A DNA stretch of 56,278 bases from Candidatus Moraniibacteriota bacterium (GCA_029865125.1 JAOUHN010000003.1:1-56278), one strand, 5' to 3'; positions 15,907 to 24,872 are shown, counted from the stretch's first letter. Made by a program: numbers and translations. The notes: generated by a model not told the origin, from the letters alone.

Positions 15907-17208
15907 ATGCAATTTTCTGGAGATAAACACATTAAAAAAGAAAAAATAGCTTTCCCGAAGAATTTTTTTTGGGGAGCCGCTACGTCTTCTCATCAGGTGG
16001 AGGGAGGAACGCATAATAACTGGAGTGAGTGGGAAAAGAAAAACGCCAATAGACTTGCCAAAGAGGCTGGTGATAATTGGAATCTTTGGCAGAAGGCTCA
16101 TTTTCCAGAGATGTTTGAGGCTAAGAACTATATTTCAGGGAAAGCGTGTGATCATTTTAATCGATTTTCTAATGATTTTTCGATTGCCAAAAAACTAGGT
16201 CACAATGCTCACAGATTTTCTATTGAGTGGTCTCGAATTGAGCCGAAAGAAGGTGTTTTTGACAAAAAAGCAATTGAGCACTACAAGCAAGTGCTTAGAG
16301 ATCTTCGAGCAAAAGGAATCACTCCTTTTGTTACTCTTTGGCATTGGACAAATCCATTATGGCTTACTGAGATGGGCGGGGAGGAAAATAGGAAGTTTGG
16401 GAGATATTTTTCAAGATATGCGAGTCATGTTGTGAGAGAGCTGGGTGCATATGCTGATTTTTGGATTACTCTCAATGAACCTACTTCTGTGATTGGATCG
16501 GCGTATATGAAAGGAGCGTGGCCTCCACAAAAAAAAGATATTTTTAGTGTGATTAGAGTTTTCAAAAATCTTTCGCGTGCACACAAACTTTCCTATGATG
16601 AAATTCATAGGATTCAGCCTACCGCAAAGGTTGGATTTTCAAATATTTCAATGTACATTGAGCCGTTTCACAGATTTTCTCCTCTCGACAGGATAATGGC
16701 AAGGATTGTGAGGCATTTTGCAAATAAGGAATTTTTGAATTTGACTCATGGAAAAAATGACTTCTTGGCAGTGCAATACTATTTTCACAAGCTTGCAAAA
16801 TTTCCGCGAGGACTTTCTGATGGTAGTGGGATTACTTCAGATTTAGGATGGGAAATTTGCCCTAAGGGGATTTATTATATTCTCAAAAAAATGAAAAAAT
16901 ACAATCTTCCTGTGTATGTGACCGAAAACGGCTTGGCGGATGCGGATGATTCCAGGAGAGCTGCTTTCATTAAGAATCATTTATATTGGGTGCACAAAGC
17001 CATTTCTGAAGGTGTGGACGTTCGAGGATATTTCTATTGGTCGCTTCTGGATAATTTTGAATGGGATAAAGGATTTTGGCCGAGATTTGGTTTGGTGGAG
17101 GTTGATTTTTTGACAATGGAGCGAAAGATTCGTCCGAGCGCTTGGGAATATGCAAAAATATGCAAAAACAATGGATTTGAAATGATTGTTAAAAATAGGC
17201 ATATTTGA
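15907..17208 (+). CDS. glycoside hydrolase family 1 (beta-glucosidase-like)
   Basis: FFWGAATSSHQVEGG, TLNEP and YVTENG catalytic motifs. Confidence 0.88.
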   Translation: MQFSGDKHIKKEKIAFPKNFFWGAATSSHQVEGGTHNNWSEWEKKNANRLAKEAGDNWNLWQKAHFPEMFEAKNYISGKACDHFNRFSNDFSIAKKLGHNAHRFSIEWSRIEPKEGVFDKKAIEHYKQVLRDLRAKGITPFVTLWHWTNPLWLTEMGGEENRKFGRYFSRYASHVVRELGAYADFWITLNEPTSVIGSAYMKGAWPPQKKDIFSVIRVFKNLSRAHKLSYDEIHRIQPTAKVGFSNISMYIEPFHRFSPLDRIMARIVRHFANKEFLNLTHGKNDFLAVQYYFHKLAKFPRGLSDGSGITSDLGWEICPKGIYYILKKMKKYNLPVYVTENGLADADDSRRAAFIKNHLYWVHKAISEGVDVRGYFYWSLLDNFEWDKGFWPRFGLVEVDFLTMERKIRPSAWEYAKICKNNGFEMIVKNRHI

Positions 17209-17209
17209 T

Positions 17210-17238
17210 TTGCCAAACACGATTTTTTTGGATAGAAT
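17210..17238 (+). promoter_or_regulatory. promoter for rplI (TTGCCA-17-TAGAAT)
   Basis: Hexamers at 17210-17215 and 17233-17238. Confidence 0.45.
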
Positions 17239-17282
17239 GAGAGGAGTTGAAAAGCAGATAATAAGTTAACCGATTTAATATT

Positions 17283-17723
17283 ATGAAGGTAATTTTGACT
17301 AAAGATGTGAAAAAGCTAGGACGTGCCGGAGATGTGAAAACAGTTTCTGATGGTTATGCGCGAAATTTTCTTTTTGCAAAAGGTTTGGCGCAAATTGCAA
17401 CAGATGGAGCTATGAAGAAGGTGCAACAAGAAAAGGCAAATATTGAGCAAGAAGAGAAAGAAAGAAAAGAAACACTGAGAGAAATTGCAAATTCTTTAGA
17501 AGGAAAGAAATTTACAATCAAAGCAAAAGGAAAAGGAGGAAAACTTTTTGGGTCAATCAATGCAAAGGATGTTTTGGTTGAAATTCAAAAGATTGTGGCT
17601 GAAATTGAAGAAGATATGATTGCTTTAGATTCACCAATCAAAGAAGCTGGAGAGAAAGAATTGAAACTAGTGCTGGACAATGACATTAGTGCTAAAGTGG
17701 TTATTTCCATTGAAGAAGAATAA
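17283..17723 (+). CDS. rplI: 50S ribosomal protein L9
   Basis: [31 protein letters not shown]-terminus. Confidence 0.92.
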   Translation: MKVILTKDVKKLGRAGDVKTVSDGYARNFLFAKGLAQIATDGAMKKVQQEKANIEQEEKERKETLREIANSLEGKKFTIKAKGKGGKLFGSINAKDVLVEIQKIVAEIEEDMIALDSPIKEAGEKELKLVLDNDISAKVVISIEEE

Positions 17724-17749
17724 TTTTTTTGTGTGTAGCTTAAAAACCA

Positions 17750-17777
17750 AAAAGTCGCTTCCAAATGCGACTTTTTG
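17750..17777 (+). terminator. intrinsic terminator after rplI
   Basis: aaaagtcgc / gcgactttt hairpin plus a T-run. Confidence 0.7.
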
Positions 17778-17796
17778 TCTAAATTTTTACAAAAAT

Positions 17797-19434
17797 ATGA
17801 AGAAGAAAAAAGCAAAGTACATATTCGTTTTAGGTGGTGTGATGAGTGGAATTGGAAAGGGAGTCGCTGCTTCATCTATTGGTGCGATTTTGAAGGCGAG
17901 AGGATTTAACGTTACTGCTGTTAAAATAGATCCATATGTGAATGTTGATGCAGGAACAATGAATCCAACGGAACATGGCGAGGTTTTTGTGATGGACAGT
18001 GGACTTGAGACGGATCAAGATATGGGAAATTATGAGAGATTCATGGAAATTACGCTTCCTCCAACAAACTATATGACCACTGGAAGTGTATATCAAAAAG
18101 TGATTCAAAGAGAGAGAAATCTTGAATACAAGGGAAAATGTGTTCAAATTATTCCACATGTTACTGATGAAGTCATTCACACTATCAAAAATGCTGGAAA
18201 AAACAATGATGCTGACATTGTAATCACGGAGATCGGAGGAACTATTGGGGACTATGAAAACATGCTTTTCATGGAAGCGGCTCGTCAAATGAAGCTCAAC
18301 AATCCTCATGATGTGATGTTTGTAATGATCACATATCTTCCATATCCTCCAAAAGTTGGAGAAATGAAAACAAAGCCAACTCAGCAAGCTGTGCGCGAAT
18401 TGAATGCCAATGGAATCAATCCAGATGTGATTATTGCAAGAAGTGAAGTTGCAATTGATGAAAAAAGAAAAGAAAAAATCGCAATGTTTTGCAACGTCGA
18501 GAAGAAGGATATTATCTCCGCTCCAGACATCAATTCAGTGTATGAAGTCCCGATTAATTTTGAACATGACGATTTGAGCAGAAGAATTCTCAAGAAATTG
18601 GATCTTCCTGTGAAAAAGACAGATTTGAGTCGATGGCATGAGTTGGTTGATAATATACGAAATTCAAAAGGTTCTGTGAAAATTGCGATTACTGGAAAAT
18701 ATTTTGAAACAGGAGACTTTGTTTTGAGCGATGCGTATATTAGTGTAATTGAAGCACTGAAGCATGCGTGCTACAAAGCGAAAGTGAAGCCGGACATTCA
18801 CTGGATCAATTCAGAAGATTTTGAAACTGGAAAGAGGAAAGTTGATGAATTGAAAGAATATGACGGAGTGCTTGTTCCTGGAGGATTTGGTCACAGAGGA
18901 ATTGAAGGGAAAATCAAAGCGATTGGATATTGCAGAGAAAATAAAATTCCTTTTTTTGGTCTTTGTTATGGAATGCAGCTGAGTGTGATTGATTATGCAA
19001 GAAATATTTTGGGTCTCCAAGACGCTCACACAACAGAAGTTGACAGAAAAACAAAAAATCCTGTCATTGACATTATGCCTGAGCAAAAGAAAAATCTTGA
19101 AGACAAAAATTATGGAGCAACTATGAGACTTGGTGCATATGATGCATTTTTGGAATCAGGAACTATTGCCAGAAAAGCATATGGAAAGGCGCAAATTTCA
19201 GAAAGACATCGTCATAGATGGGAAGTGAATCCTGAATATATTGAGCGAATTGAAAAAGCAGGACTTGTTTTTTCAGGAAAATCAAAAGATGGAAAACTCA
19301 TGGAAATTGCAGAACTTCCAAAAGAAAAGCATCCGTTCTTCTTGGCAACCCAGTTTCATCCAGAATTCAAGTCATATCCTCTCAACGCTCATCCTCTTTT
19401 CTATGAATTTGTGAAAGCAGCAAAGCGATCATAG
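17797..19434 (+). CDS. pyrG: CTP synthase
   Basis: KYIFVLGGVMSGIGKG N-terminus and a GATase domain (GLCYGMQ). The ORF-track start 17680 overlaps the rplI end and its terminator, so ATG 17797 is preferred. Confidence 0.92.
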   Translation: MKKKKAKYIFVLGGVMSGIGKGVAASSIGAILKARGFNVTAVKIDPYVNVDAGTMNPTEHGEVFVMDSGLETDQDMGNYERFMEITLPPTNYMTTGSVYQKVIQRERNLEYKGKCVQIIPHVTDEVIHTIKNAGKNNDADIVITEIGGTIGDYENMLFMEAARQMKLNNPHDVMFVMITYLPYPPKVGEMKTKPTQQAVRELNANGINPDVIIARSEVAIDEKRKEKIAMFCNVEKKDIISAPDINSVYEVPINFEHDDLSRRILKKLDLPVKKTDLSRWHELVDNIRNSKGSVKIAITGKYFETGDFVLSDAYISVIEALKHACYKAKVKPDIHWINSEDFETGKRKVDELKEYDGVLVPGGFGHRGIEGKIKAIGYCRENKIPFFGLCYGMQLSVIDYARNILGLQDAHTTEVDRKTKNPVIDIMPEQKKNLEDKNYGATMRLGAYDAFLESGTIARKAYGKAQISERHRHRWEVNPEYIERIEKAGLVFSGKSKDGKLMEIAELPKEKHPFFLATQFHPEFKSYPLNAHPLFYEFVKAAKRS

Positions 19435-19479
19435 AGCACATAACATAGAGCATGAAACATAAAACATAGAGTATAGAAT
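19431..19479 (+). repeat. seven heptads beginning at the pyrG stop codon
   Basis: atagagc acataac atagagc atgaaac ataaaac atagagt atagaat. The TAG stop at 19432-19434 lies in the first unit. Confidence 0.85.
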
Positions 19480-19480
19480 A

Positions 19481-19506
19481 AAAAAGCGCTAAAAGCGCTT
19501 TTTTAT
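19481..19506. terminator. intrinsic terminator (symmetric A-run/T-run)
   Basis: aaaaagcgct aaa agcgctttttt. Confidence 0.75.
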
Positions 19507-19530
19507 TTGATTAAGAATTCTGAGAGTTGT

Positions 19531-19558
19531 TACATGTTTTATGTTTTGTGTTGTGTGT
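19531..19558 (+). repeat. four heptads, the complement family of 19431..19479
   Basis: tacatgt tttatgt tttgtgt tgtgtgt. It contains atgttttatgttt, the exact complement of aaacataaaacat in the upstream array. Confidence 0.8.
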
Positions 19559-19570
19559 GATGAAATTTCC

Positions 19571-19599
19571 TTGATTTTTTTTGAAAACAAACGTACAAT
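19571..19599 (+). promoter_or_regulatory. promoter (TTGATT-17-TACAAT) for the CBS/transporter pair
   Basis: Hexamers at 19571-19576 and 19594-19599, followed by a leader of about 100 nt with two hairpins. Confidence 0.45.
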
Positions 19600-19705
19600 G
19601 AGGTGAACTTTCGGATTTTCTGAAAGTTGTTCTTTGTTATAGGTAGGCAAGGCGCAGCGCTTTGTCTTTTTAATTATTTCCTAGATAAATAGGAGGAAAG
19701 TTAAG

Positions 19706-20173
19706 ATGTTGGTTGAAGACCTGATGGTTCATGAATGTGATTTGGAATTTTTGAGTCCAGATATGACTCTTAGGGAAGCGGCTAAGAAGATGCTTGAAAC
19801 AAAGCGTCCTCACGGAGCAAGTGTCAAAGGAATGTTGGTTAAGGAATACGAAAAAGTAGCCGGCATTCTTTCAATTAAAGACATTTTGGATGCCTTATCC
19901 ACTGATTATGGAGATGAGCAATTATCTGATTTTGCTTGGGACGGAATGCTTATTGATGCAGCAAAGAGTGAGAAGATAAGAAATAAAAAAGTCTCTGAAT
20001 GCATGACCAAAGATGTTAAGAGCGTTACTCCTAAGACGCCGTTAAAAAAATGCTCGGATATTATGAGAAAAGAAGGCTTACAAAGGATGCCTGTTATGGA
20101 AAATGGTAATCTAGAGGGAATGATTTATATTCGAGATATTGCAGAAATTGCACTTTTAAACCTAGCTAACTAA
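19706..20173 (+). CDS. CBS domain pair protein
   Basis: 155 aa with two CBS-like repeats (GILSIKDIL..., GMIYIRDIA). Strong AGGAGG 9 nt upstream. Confidence 0.75.
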   Translation: MLVEDLMVHECDLEFLSPDMTLREAAKKMLETKRPHGASVKGMLVKEYEKVAGILSIKDILDALSTDYGDEQLSDFAWDGMLIDAAKSEKIRNKKVSECMTKDVKSVTPKTPLKKCSDIMRKEGLQRMPVMENGNLEGMIYIRDIAEIALLNLAN

Positions 20174-20190
20174 GAGGAGAAAGGGTTGTT

Positions 20191-21591
20191 ATGGTGGAAC
20201 ATGTCGTTTTATCAGTGGATAATCAGTTTATTAGAACGTGCTCTATTTTTTTAGGTGCGCTATTCTTAATTATTTCAGGAAGAATTCATAAATCTATTGT
20301 GGCAATTTGTGGTGCTGCGCTTATGATTCTTACCTATACACTTGAGCAACACGAGGCTCTTCATATAGAGGAACTGGGGGTGGACTGGAATGTGCTAGGT
20401 CTTTTGATTGGCATGATGATAATTGTTGAAACAACTGGTAAAACAGGTTTATTCAAGTATCTTGCCATCAAAAGTGCTAAAATGTGTGACGCAGATCCAC
20501 TTAGGATTTTGGTATTTTTCAGTGTTATTACTGCGATTTTTTCGGCATTACTTGATAATGTGACCACGGTGCTTTTGTTGGTTCCTGTCACCCTGATGAT
20601 TGCAGATGCGCTTGAAATTGATGCTATTCCTTTTCTCATTATCGAGGTCCTTGCGTCCAATATTGGTGGCACAGCAACTCTTATTGGTGATCCTCCTAAT
20701 ACTATGATTGCGTCAAAGGCGAAGTTGAGTTTTCTTGATTTCATTATTCATTTGGCGCCTATTGTGGTTGTTATGATGATCGTTTGCGTTCTTCTGATTA
20801 AGGTCTTTTTTGGAAAGAGGCTTCGCGCAAAGGAGGAACGCAAAGCGCTCGTTATGGGTATGGATGAGAAAAAAGCTATTAAGGATCCAGTGATGCTCAC
20901 TAAGTCTTTAATAGTTCTCGGCATCGTTCTTATTGGCTTTATACTTCATGGAAAGTTTCATTATCAACCTGCTACCATTGCAATGTCTGGTGCTGGACTT
21001 CTTCTCCTTCTTTCTGGTTCTGGCTCCAAAGAGTTGAAGGAAGTATTTTCTGAAATAGAATGGCCTGTCATTTTCTTTTTTGCAGGATTGTTTATAATGG
21101 TTGGCGGATTGGTTAAAGTCGGAGCCATTAAAATGATGTCACAGGAAATGCTGAATTTTACTGATGGAAATCTTTTCCATACAGCTATGCTGATAACTGG
21201 ATTTTCAGCAGGTATGTCGGGATTTGTAGATAATATCCCCTATGTAGCTACTATGAATCCATTGGTGATTGATATGGCTCGTGAACTGTGGCCTCATGAA
21301 ACAGGAACGCAGCTTTTGCAACACCCTGAGCTTATGCCAATTTGGTGGTCTCTAGCGCTCGGATCTTGCCTTGGAGGAAACTTAACTCCTATTGGTGCTT
21401 CTGCTAACGTCATCGTGGTAGGATTGGCAGAGAAAGCTGGACACAAAATCAGCTTTCCTAAGTTTATGGCTTATGGTGTACCCGTCACCATCCTCACCGT
21501 TTTTATGGCCATGATTTATGTTTGGCTTCGTTATTACTATGATTGGTCAATTGTGTGGAATACATGGACTAATCTTGCTGTATTTATCTAG
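20191..21591 (+). CDS. ArsB/NhaD-superfamily ion transporter (SLC13/citrate-transporter-like permease)
   Basis: 466 aa, polytopic. The LDNVTTVLLLVP and GGTATLIGDPPN motifs recur as GGNLTPIGASAN. Confidence 0.75.
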   Translation: MVEHVVLSVDNQFIRTCSIFLGALFLIISGRIHKSIVAICGAALMILTYTLEQHEALHIEELGVDWNVLGLLIGMMIIVETTGKTGLFKYLAIKSAKMCDADPLRILVFFSVITAIFSALLDNVTTVLLLVPVTLMIADALEIDAIPFLIIEVLASNIGGTATLIGDPPNTMIASKAKLSFLDFIIHLAPIVVVMMIVCVLLIKVFFGKRLRAKEERKALVMGMDEKKAIKDPVMLTKSLIVLGIVLIGFILHGKFHYQPATIAMSGAGLLLLLSGSGSKELKEVFSEIEWPVIFFFAGLFIMVGGLVKVGAIKMMSQEMLNFTDGNLFHTAMLITGFSAGMSGFVDNIPYVATMNPLVIDMARELWPHETGTQLLQHPELMPIWWSLALGSCLGGNLTPIGASANVIVVGLAEKAGHKISFPKFMAYGVPVTILTVFMAMIYVWLRYYYDWSIVWNTWTNLAVFI

Positions 21592-21611
21592 ATGACCTTT
21601 GGAGGAGGTCT

Positions 21612-21652
21612 AAATCCCGGGAGTGACTCTCATGTCGCCCCGGGATTTTTTT
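21612..21652 (+). terminator. intrinsic terminator
   Basis: aaatcccggg ... cccgggattt hairpin plus a T-run. Confidence 0.75.
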
Positions 21653-21670
21653 ATTTTTCATTTTTTTTAT

Positions 21671-21856
21671 GTCATTCCAGAAAACATATTTTTCCAGATG
21701 AGGAACGAATCTGAGAAAAATAGTTTATCCGGAATCCATTCTCACTTAGCTGTAGTGGATAAATATTATCCGAAGTTATATTAAGAATGGACCCCGGATA
21801 AGTTAATTTCTAAGGACTCGTACCTCGCCCAAGAAATTATACTTTCCGGGGTGACA
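21671..21856 (-). repeat. family B element, full length, inverted relative to 25589..25775
   Basis: Its sequence aligns end to end with the reverse complement of 25589..25775 (tgtcattccagaaaacatattttt ... ccaagaaattatactttccggggtgaca). Confidence 0.85.
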
Positions 21857-21900
21857 ATAGAAAACGATTGCTACTCAGATTAATTTGTAATTTGTATACT

Positions 21901-21935
21901 AAAAAAACCGCCTCAAATGAAGCGGTCTTTTTTAT
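21901..21935 (-). terminator. terminator after rpmA (bidirectional shape)
   Basis: aaaaaaaccgc ctcaaatgaa gcggtctttttt. Confidence 0.7.
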
Positions 21936-21944
21936 TTCGAAAAT

Positions 21945-22229
21945 TTACTCAGCTTTATCTTGTACGTTTACAAATCTTCTTCTTACGATTTTTCCTGTGA
22001 AGCTTTTCACTTTTTTCTTGGTGAATTTCACAAACCCGTCTTTGATTGCATAGATTGTGTCATCTTCTCCTCTTCTCACGTTTTCACCTGGGTGAAATTT
22101 TGTTCCTCTTTGACGAATGATGATGTTTCCAGTTTTTACTTTTTCGCTACCAAAGATCTTGACTCCAAGTCTTTTTGATATCGAATCGCGACCAAGTTGT
22201 GTTGATCCACCGGCTTTACGATGTGCCAT
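21945..22229 (-). CDS. rpmA: 50S ribosomal protein L27
   Basis: [16 protein letters not shown] ... [18 protein letters not shown]. Confidence 0.93.
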   Translation of the reverse strand: MAHRKAGGSTQLGRDSISKRLGVKIFGSEKVKTGNIIIRQRGTKFHPGENVRRGEDDTIYAIKDGFVKFTKKKVKSFTGKIVRRRFVNVQDKAE

Positions 22230-22408
22230 AATTTTATCTTACTGGAAGTCAGCATTGTCTAGTTTCTAGAATAGCTAAGCCCAGCGATCAAATATTTAAA
22301 ATTTAGAATTTTTCAGAAATTATCCGGTCTAGTCGGAAAACGTAAAAACGTTTATAATTAATACAACTAAACAGAATATAGTATATCAGATTGTTCATTT
22401 ATGTCAAC

Positions 22409-22447
22409 TAGTGAATGAGATTTGAGATATGAGATTTGAGAAAGAGT
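22409..22447 (+). repeat. heptad array TGAGATN (about five units) abutting ATG 22448
   Basis: tagtgaa tgagatt tgagata tgagatt tgagaaa gagt, then ATG. Confidence 0.85.
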
Positions 22448-22870
22448 ATGAAAAATGTCATTAAAGAGTTCTGGGAGAGATATGAGCAAAAAATCGTTGT
22501 GGTTTTAGCAATGGTTTTGGTGAGTGTCATTTCTTTTGAAATAGGAGCTCTCAAAGGATCTGATTGGCAAAAAGACCCATTGGTCATTGAAAAAGTTCCA
22601 GAGAATCAGGTGGTCAAGCTCAGTGACTCGGGGAGTTGTGTGGCGATGGGAGTTTCTGAATCTAATGTTTTGGGGGCAAAAGATGGAGGGAGTGTGGCAA
22701 ATGAGAAAAGTGAGAAATGTGAATTTGTGGGAAGTAAAAATTCAAACAAATATCACAAAAAGACATGTTCTTGGGCAACAAGGATCAAAGAAGAAAACAG
22801 AGTTTGCTTTGAAAGCATTGAAGACGCCAAAAGCAAAAACTACGTTCCAGCAGGATGTTGCATGAAATGA
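22448..22870 (+). CDS. membrane-anchored protein with a C-terminal Cys-rich Ada-like ('sunset') metal-binding domain
   Basis: GSKNSNKYHKKTCSWATRIKEENRVCFESIEDAKSKNYVPAGCC. The ORF track starts at TTG 22436 and the ATG is at 22448. Confidence 0.65.
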   Translation: MKNVIKEFWERYEQKIVVVLAMVLVSVISFEIGALKGSDWQKDPLVIEKVPENQVVKLSDSGSCVAMGVSESNVLGAKDGGSVANEKSEKCEFVGSKNSNKYHKKTCSWATRIKEENRVCFESIEDAKSKNYVPAGCCMK

Positions 22871-22958
22871 GGCTTGAAATTTGTGATGTGAGACTTGAGA
22901 TGGAGAAGTCTAATTACTTTTCCTAATTTACTAATTAACTAATTAACCAATCAACTAA
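22868..22958 (+). repeat. heptad array TGNNNNN starting at the stop codon (22868-22909), then a TAATT-rich array (22910-22958) running up to ATG 22959
   Basis: tgaggct tgaaatt tgtgatg tgagact tgagatg gagaagt; then taattac ttttcc taattta ctaatta actaatt aaccaat caactaa. Confidence 0.8.
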
Positions 22959-23270
22959 ATGCTAAGAATCGCACTTATTGATGACAGGAAATTTGGAATG
23001 AAACAGATCAGACATCTGCATGACGGTGAGAATATTTGTTTGGAATATTTCGAGACGTTCAAGAGTTTTAAAGAGAGTGGCAAGATGTTTGATGTTGTAT
23101 ATTTAGATTATCATTTGAAAAAAGACAAGATCACTTCTGATACGGTTTTGGATGAGGTGAAAAAGCAAACCAAAAAAGTAGTGGGCTTTTCTGTAAACCC
23201 TGTCATGTCAAAAAAATTGGAAAAATTGGGAGCGGATGATGCAATTTGGAAAAAACCGTCTTTTCACTGA
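22959..23270 (+). CDS. stand-alone divergent receiver-like domain (possible cREC-type)
   Basis: 103 aa. The motif order IALIDDRK ... VVYLDYHL ... GFSVNPV resembles LDDxR / LDHDL / HSxNP of the cyclic-phosphate-processing receiver family (from memory). Confidence 0.5.
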   Translation: MLRIALIDDRKFGMKQIRHLHDGENICLEYFETFKSFKESGKMFDVVYLDYHLKKDKITSDTVLDEVKKQTKKVVGFSVNPVMSKKLEKLGADDAIWKKPSFH

Positions 23271-23295
23271 CGTGAAATTTAAACTCACGTTGCTT

Positions 23296-23402
23296 GTCAT
23301 TCTGAACTTGATTCAGAATCCCGGAATATTATTGAAACGTGTGCTGAGATAAGGGGATCCTGAATCCCGCCCTAGGCGAGGCAAAGCAAGTTCAGGATGA
23401 CA
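23296..23402 (+). repeat. family A element with the 22-nt insert in the right loop
   Basis: gtcattctgaacttgattcagaatcc ... ggggatcctgaat[cccgccctaggcgaggcaaagc]aagttcaggatgaca. Confidence 0.85.
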
Positions 23403-23476
23403 GTGCTTTTGTTGAATTGAAAATTTTCCAGAGAGGTGTTACTATTTAAGCATAAAAAATACTAAAAGATATATAA

Positions 23477-24688
23477 ATGAACATTGTTACTGATGAAAAA
23501 AGAATAGACGAGATTTTGGAGAGAGGAGTGATTTCTGAGGATGGGATTTTGCCAACAAAAGAAGGGCTCAAAGAAAAACTGATGAGTGGGGAGAAGCTAA
23601 GGTTCTACATGGGTGCTGACCCAACAGCTGCTGCACTTCACCTGGGACACGCTCAGAATCTGATTCTTTTGGAGGATTTCAGAAAGCTTGGTCATGAAGT
23701 TATTTTTTTGATTGGGGACTTCACTTCAATGATTGGGGATCCAACTGACAAAGGAGCAGCTCGAGTGAAGCAAACCAAAGAACAAGTTGAAGAAAATTTC
23801 AAAGGATGGGTTGAGCAAGTGAAAAACATTCTTTCTTTTGAAGACAAAGAAAATCCTGTGCAGGTGAAGCACAATTCTGAGTGGCTAGGAAAATTGAATT
23901 TTGGTGATGTTTTGGAATTGGCAAGCAATTTCACTGTGCAGCAAATGCTTGAGAGGGACATGTTTGAAAAAAGAATGAAAGAAGAAAAGCCGATCTATGT
24001 TCATGAGTTCATGTATCCTCTCATGCAAGGATATGACAGTGTGGCGATGGACGTTGATGTTGAGCTATGTGGAACGGATCAGATTTTCAATGCACTTGCA
24101 GGAAGAACACTGCTTCAGAAATTGAAGGGAAAAAACAAGTTTGTTGTGGCGGCGAATTTGATTGCTGACGAAAAAACAGGTGAGCTTATGTCAAAATCAA
24201 CCGGAACCGGAGTGTTTTTGGATCTTTCTTCAAATGATTTGTATGGCGCGGTGATGAGTGTCACTGATGGAATGATCAAACCATTGTTCATTGGATGCAC
24301 CAAGCTTTCTTTGGGAGAAATCAAGGATTTGGACATCAAGAAAAATCCTCGTGATGCAAAAATGAAACTTGCTTTTGAGATCGTGAAACTTTTTAGAAGT
24401 GAAAAAGATGCCAGTGAGGCTCAGGAATATTTTGTCAAAACCATTCAAAACAAGGAGATTCCAGATGAGGTTGAGGAAGCAAAAACCAAAAGTGGTGCGG
24501 CAATTACTGATTTTATGGTTGAGTTTGGCTTGGCAACCAGCAAAGGTGACGCTCGAAGAAAAATTGAACAAGGCGGAGTGAGTATAGACGGAGAAAAAAT
24601 TACAGATGTAAATTTTGTTCTAACCAAGGAGCATGACGGAAAGGTGGTCAAAGTTGGAAAACATAATTTCAGAAAAATTGTCTTTTAG
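23477..24688 (+). CDS. tyrS: tyrosyl-tRNA synthetase
   Basis: HLGH (ALHLGHAQN) and KMSKS-like (LMSKSTG) motifs plus a C-terminal S4 domain. Confidence 0.92.
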   Translation: MNIVTDEKRIDEILERGVISEDGILPTKEGLKEKLMSGEKLRFYMGADPTAAALHLGHAQNLILLEDFRKLGHEVIFLIGDFTSMIGDPTDKGAARVKQTKEQVEENFKGWVEQVKNILSFEDKENPVQVKHNSEWLGKLNFGDVLELASNFTVQQMLERDMFEKRMKEEKPIYVHEFMYPLMQGYDSVAMDVDVELCGTDQIFNALAGRTLLQKLKGKNKFVVAANLIADEKTGELMSKSTGTGVFLDLSSNDLYGAVMSVTDGMIKPLFIGCTKLSLGEIKDLDIKKNPRDAKMKLAFEIVKLFRSEKDASEAQEYFVKTIQNKEIPDEVEEAKTKSGAAITDFMVEFGLATSKGDARRKIEQGGVSIDGEKITDVNFVLTKEHDGKVVKVGKHNFRKIVF

Positions 24689-24720
24689 GAAGTATTTTAG
24701 ATAACCTTTTTAATAGACAT

Positions 24721-24803
24721 GTCATTCTGAACTTGTTTCAGAATCCCAGAATAATATCACTAGTGCTAATACTTGGGGATCATGAATCAAGTTCAGGATG
24801 ACA
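24721..24803 (+). repeat. family A element (83 bp)
   Basis: gtcattctgaacttgtttcagaatccc ... ggggatcatgaatcaagttcaggatgaca. Confidence 0.85.
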
Positions 24804-24845
24804 TAGTTACATAAAGCTTGAGTAGTAGCTGATTAGAATCAAAAG

Positions 24846-24872
24846 AAAAACCCCGATTCATCGGGGTTTTTC
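24846..24872 (+). terminator. intrinsic terminator
   Basis: aaaaaccccga ttca tcggggttttt. Confidence 0.75.

Noticed and set aside
17680-17796. Upstream extension of pyrG.
   Set aside because: It overlaps the rplI 3' end and the rplI terminator hairpin. The conserved CTP synthase N-terminus starts at ATG 17797.
17872-18387. 171-aa minus-strand ORF inside pyrG. Similar antisense ORFs occur in serS (13705-14106), the sugar transferase (31751-32179), rfbD/FAD (44491-44904), dnaK (54460-54861), plsC (37754-38140) and tsaC (13013-13417).
   Set aside because: All are shadows of strongly supported sense-strand genes in an AT-rich genome.
21868-22178. + strand ORFs 21868-22053 and 21960-22178.
   Set aside because: They are antisense to rpmA (L27), which is unambiguous.
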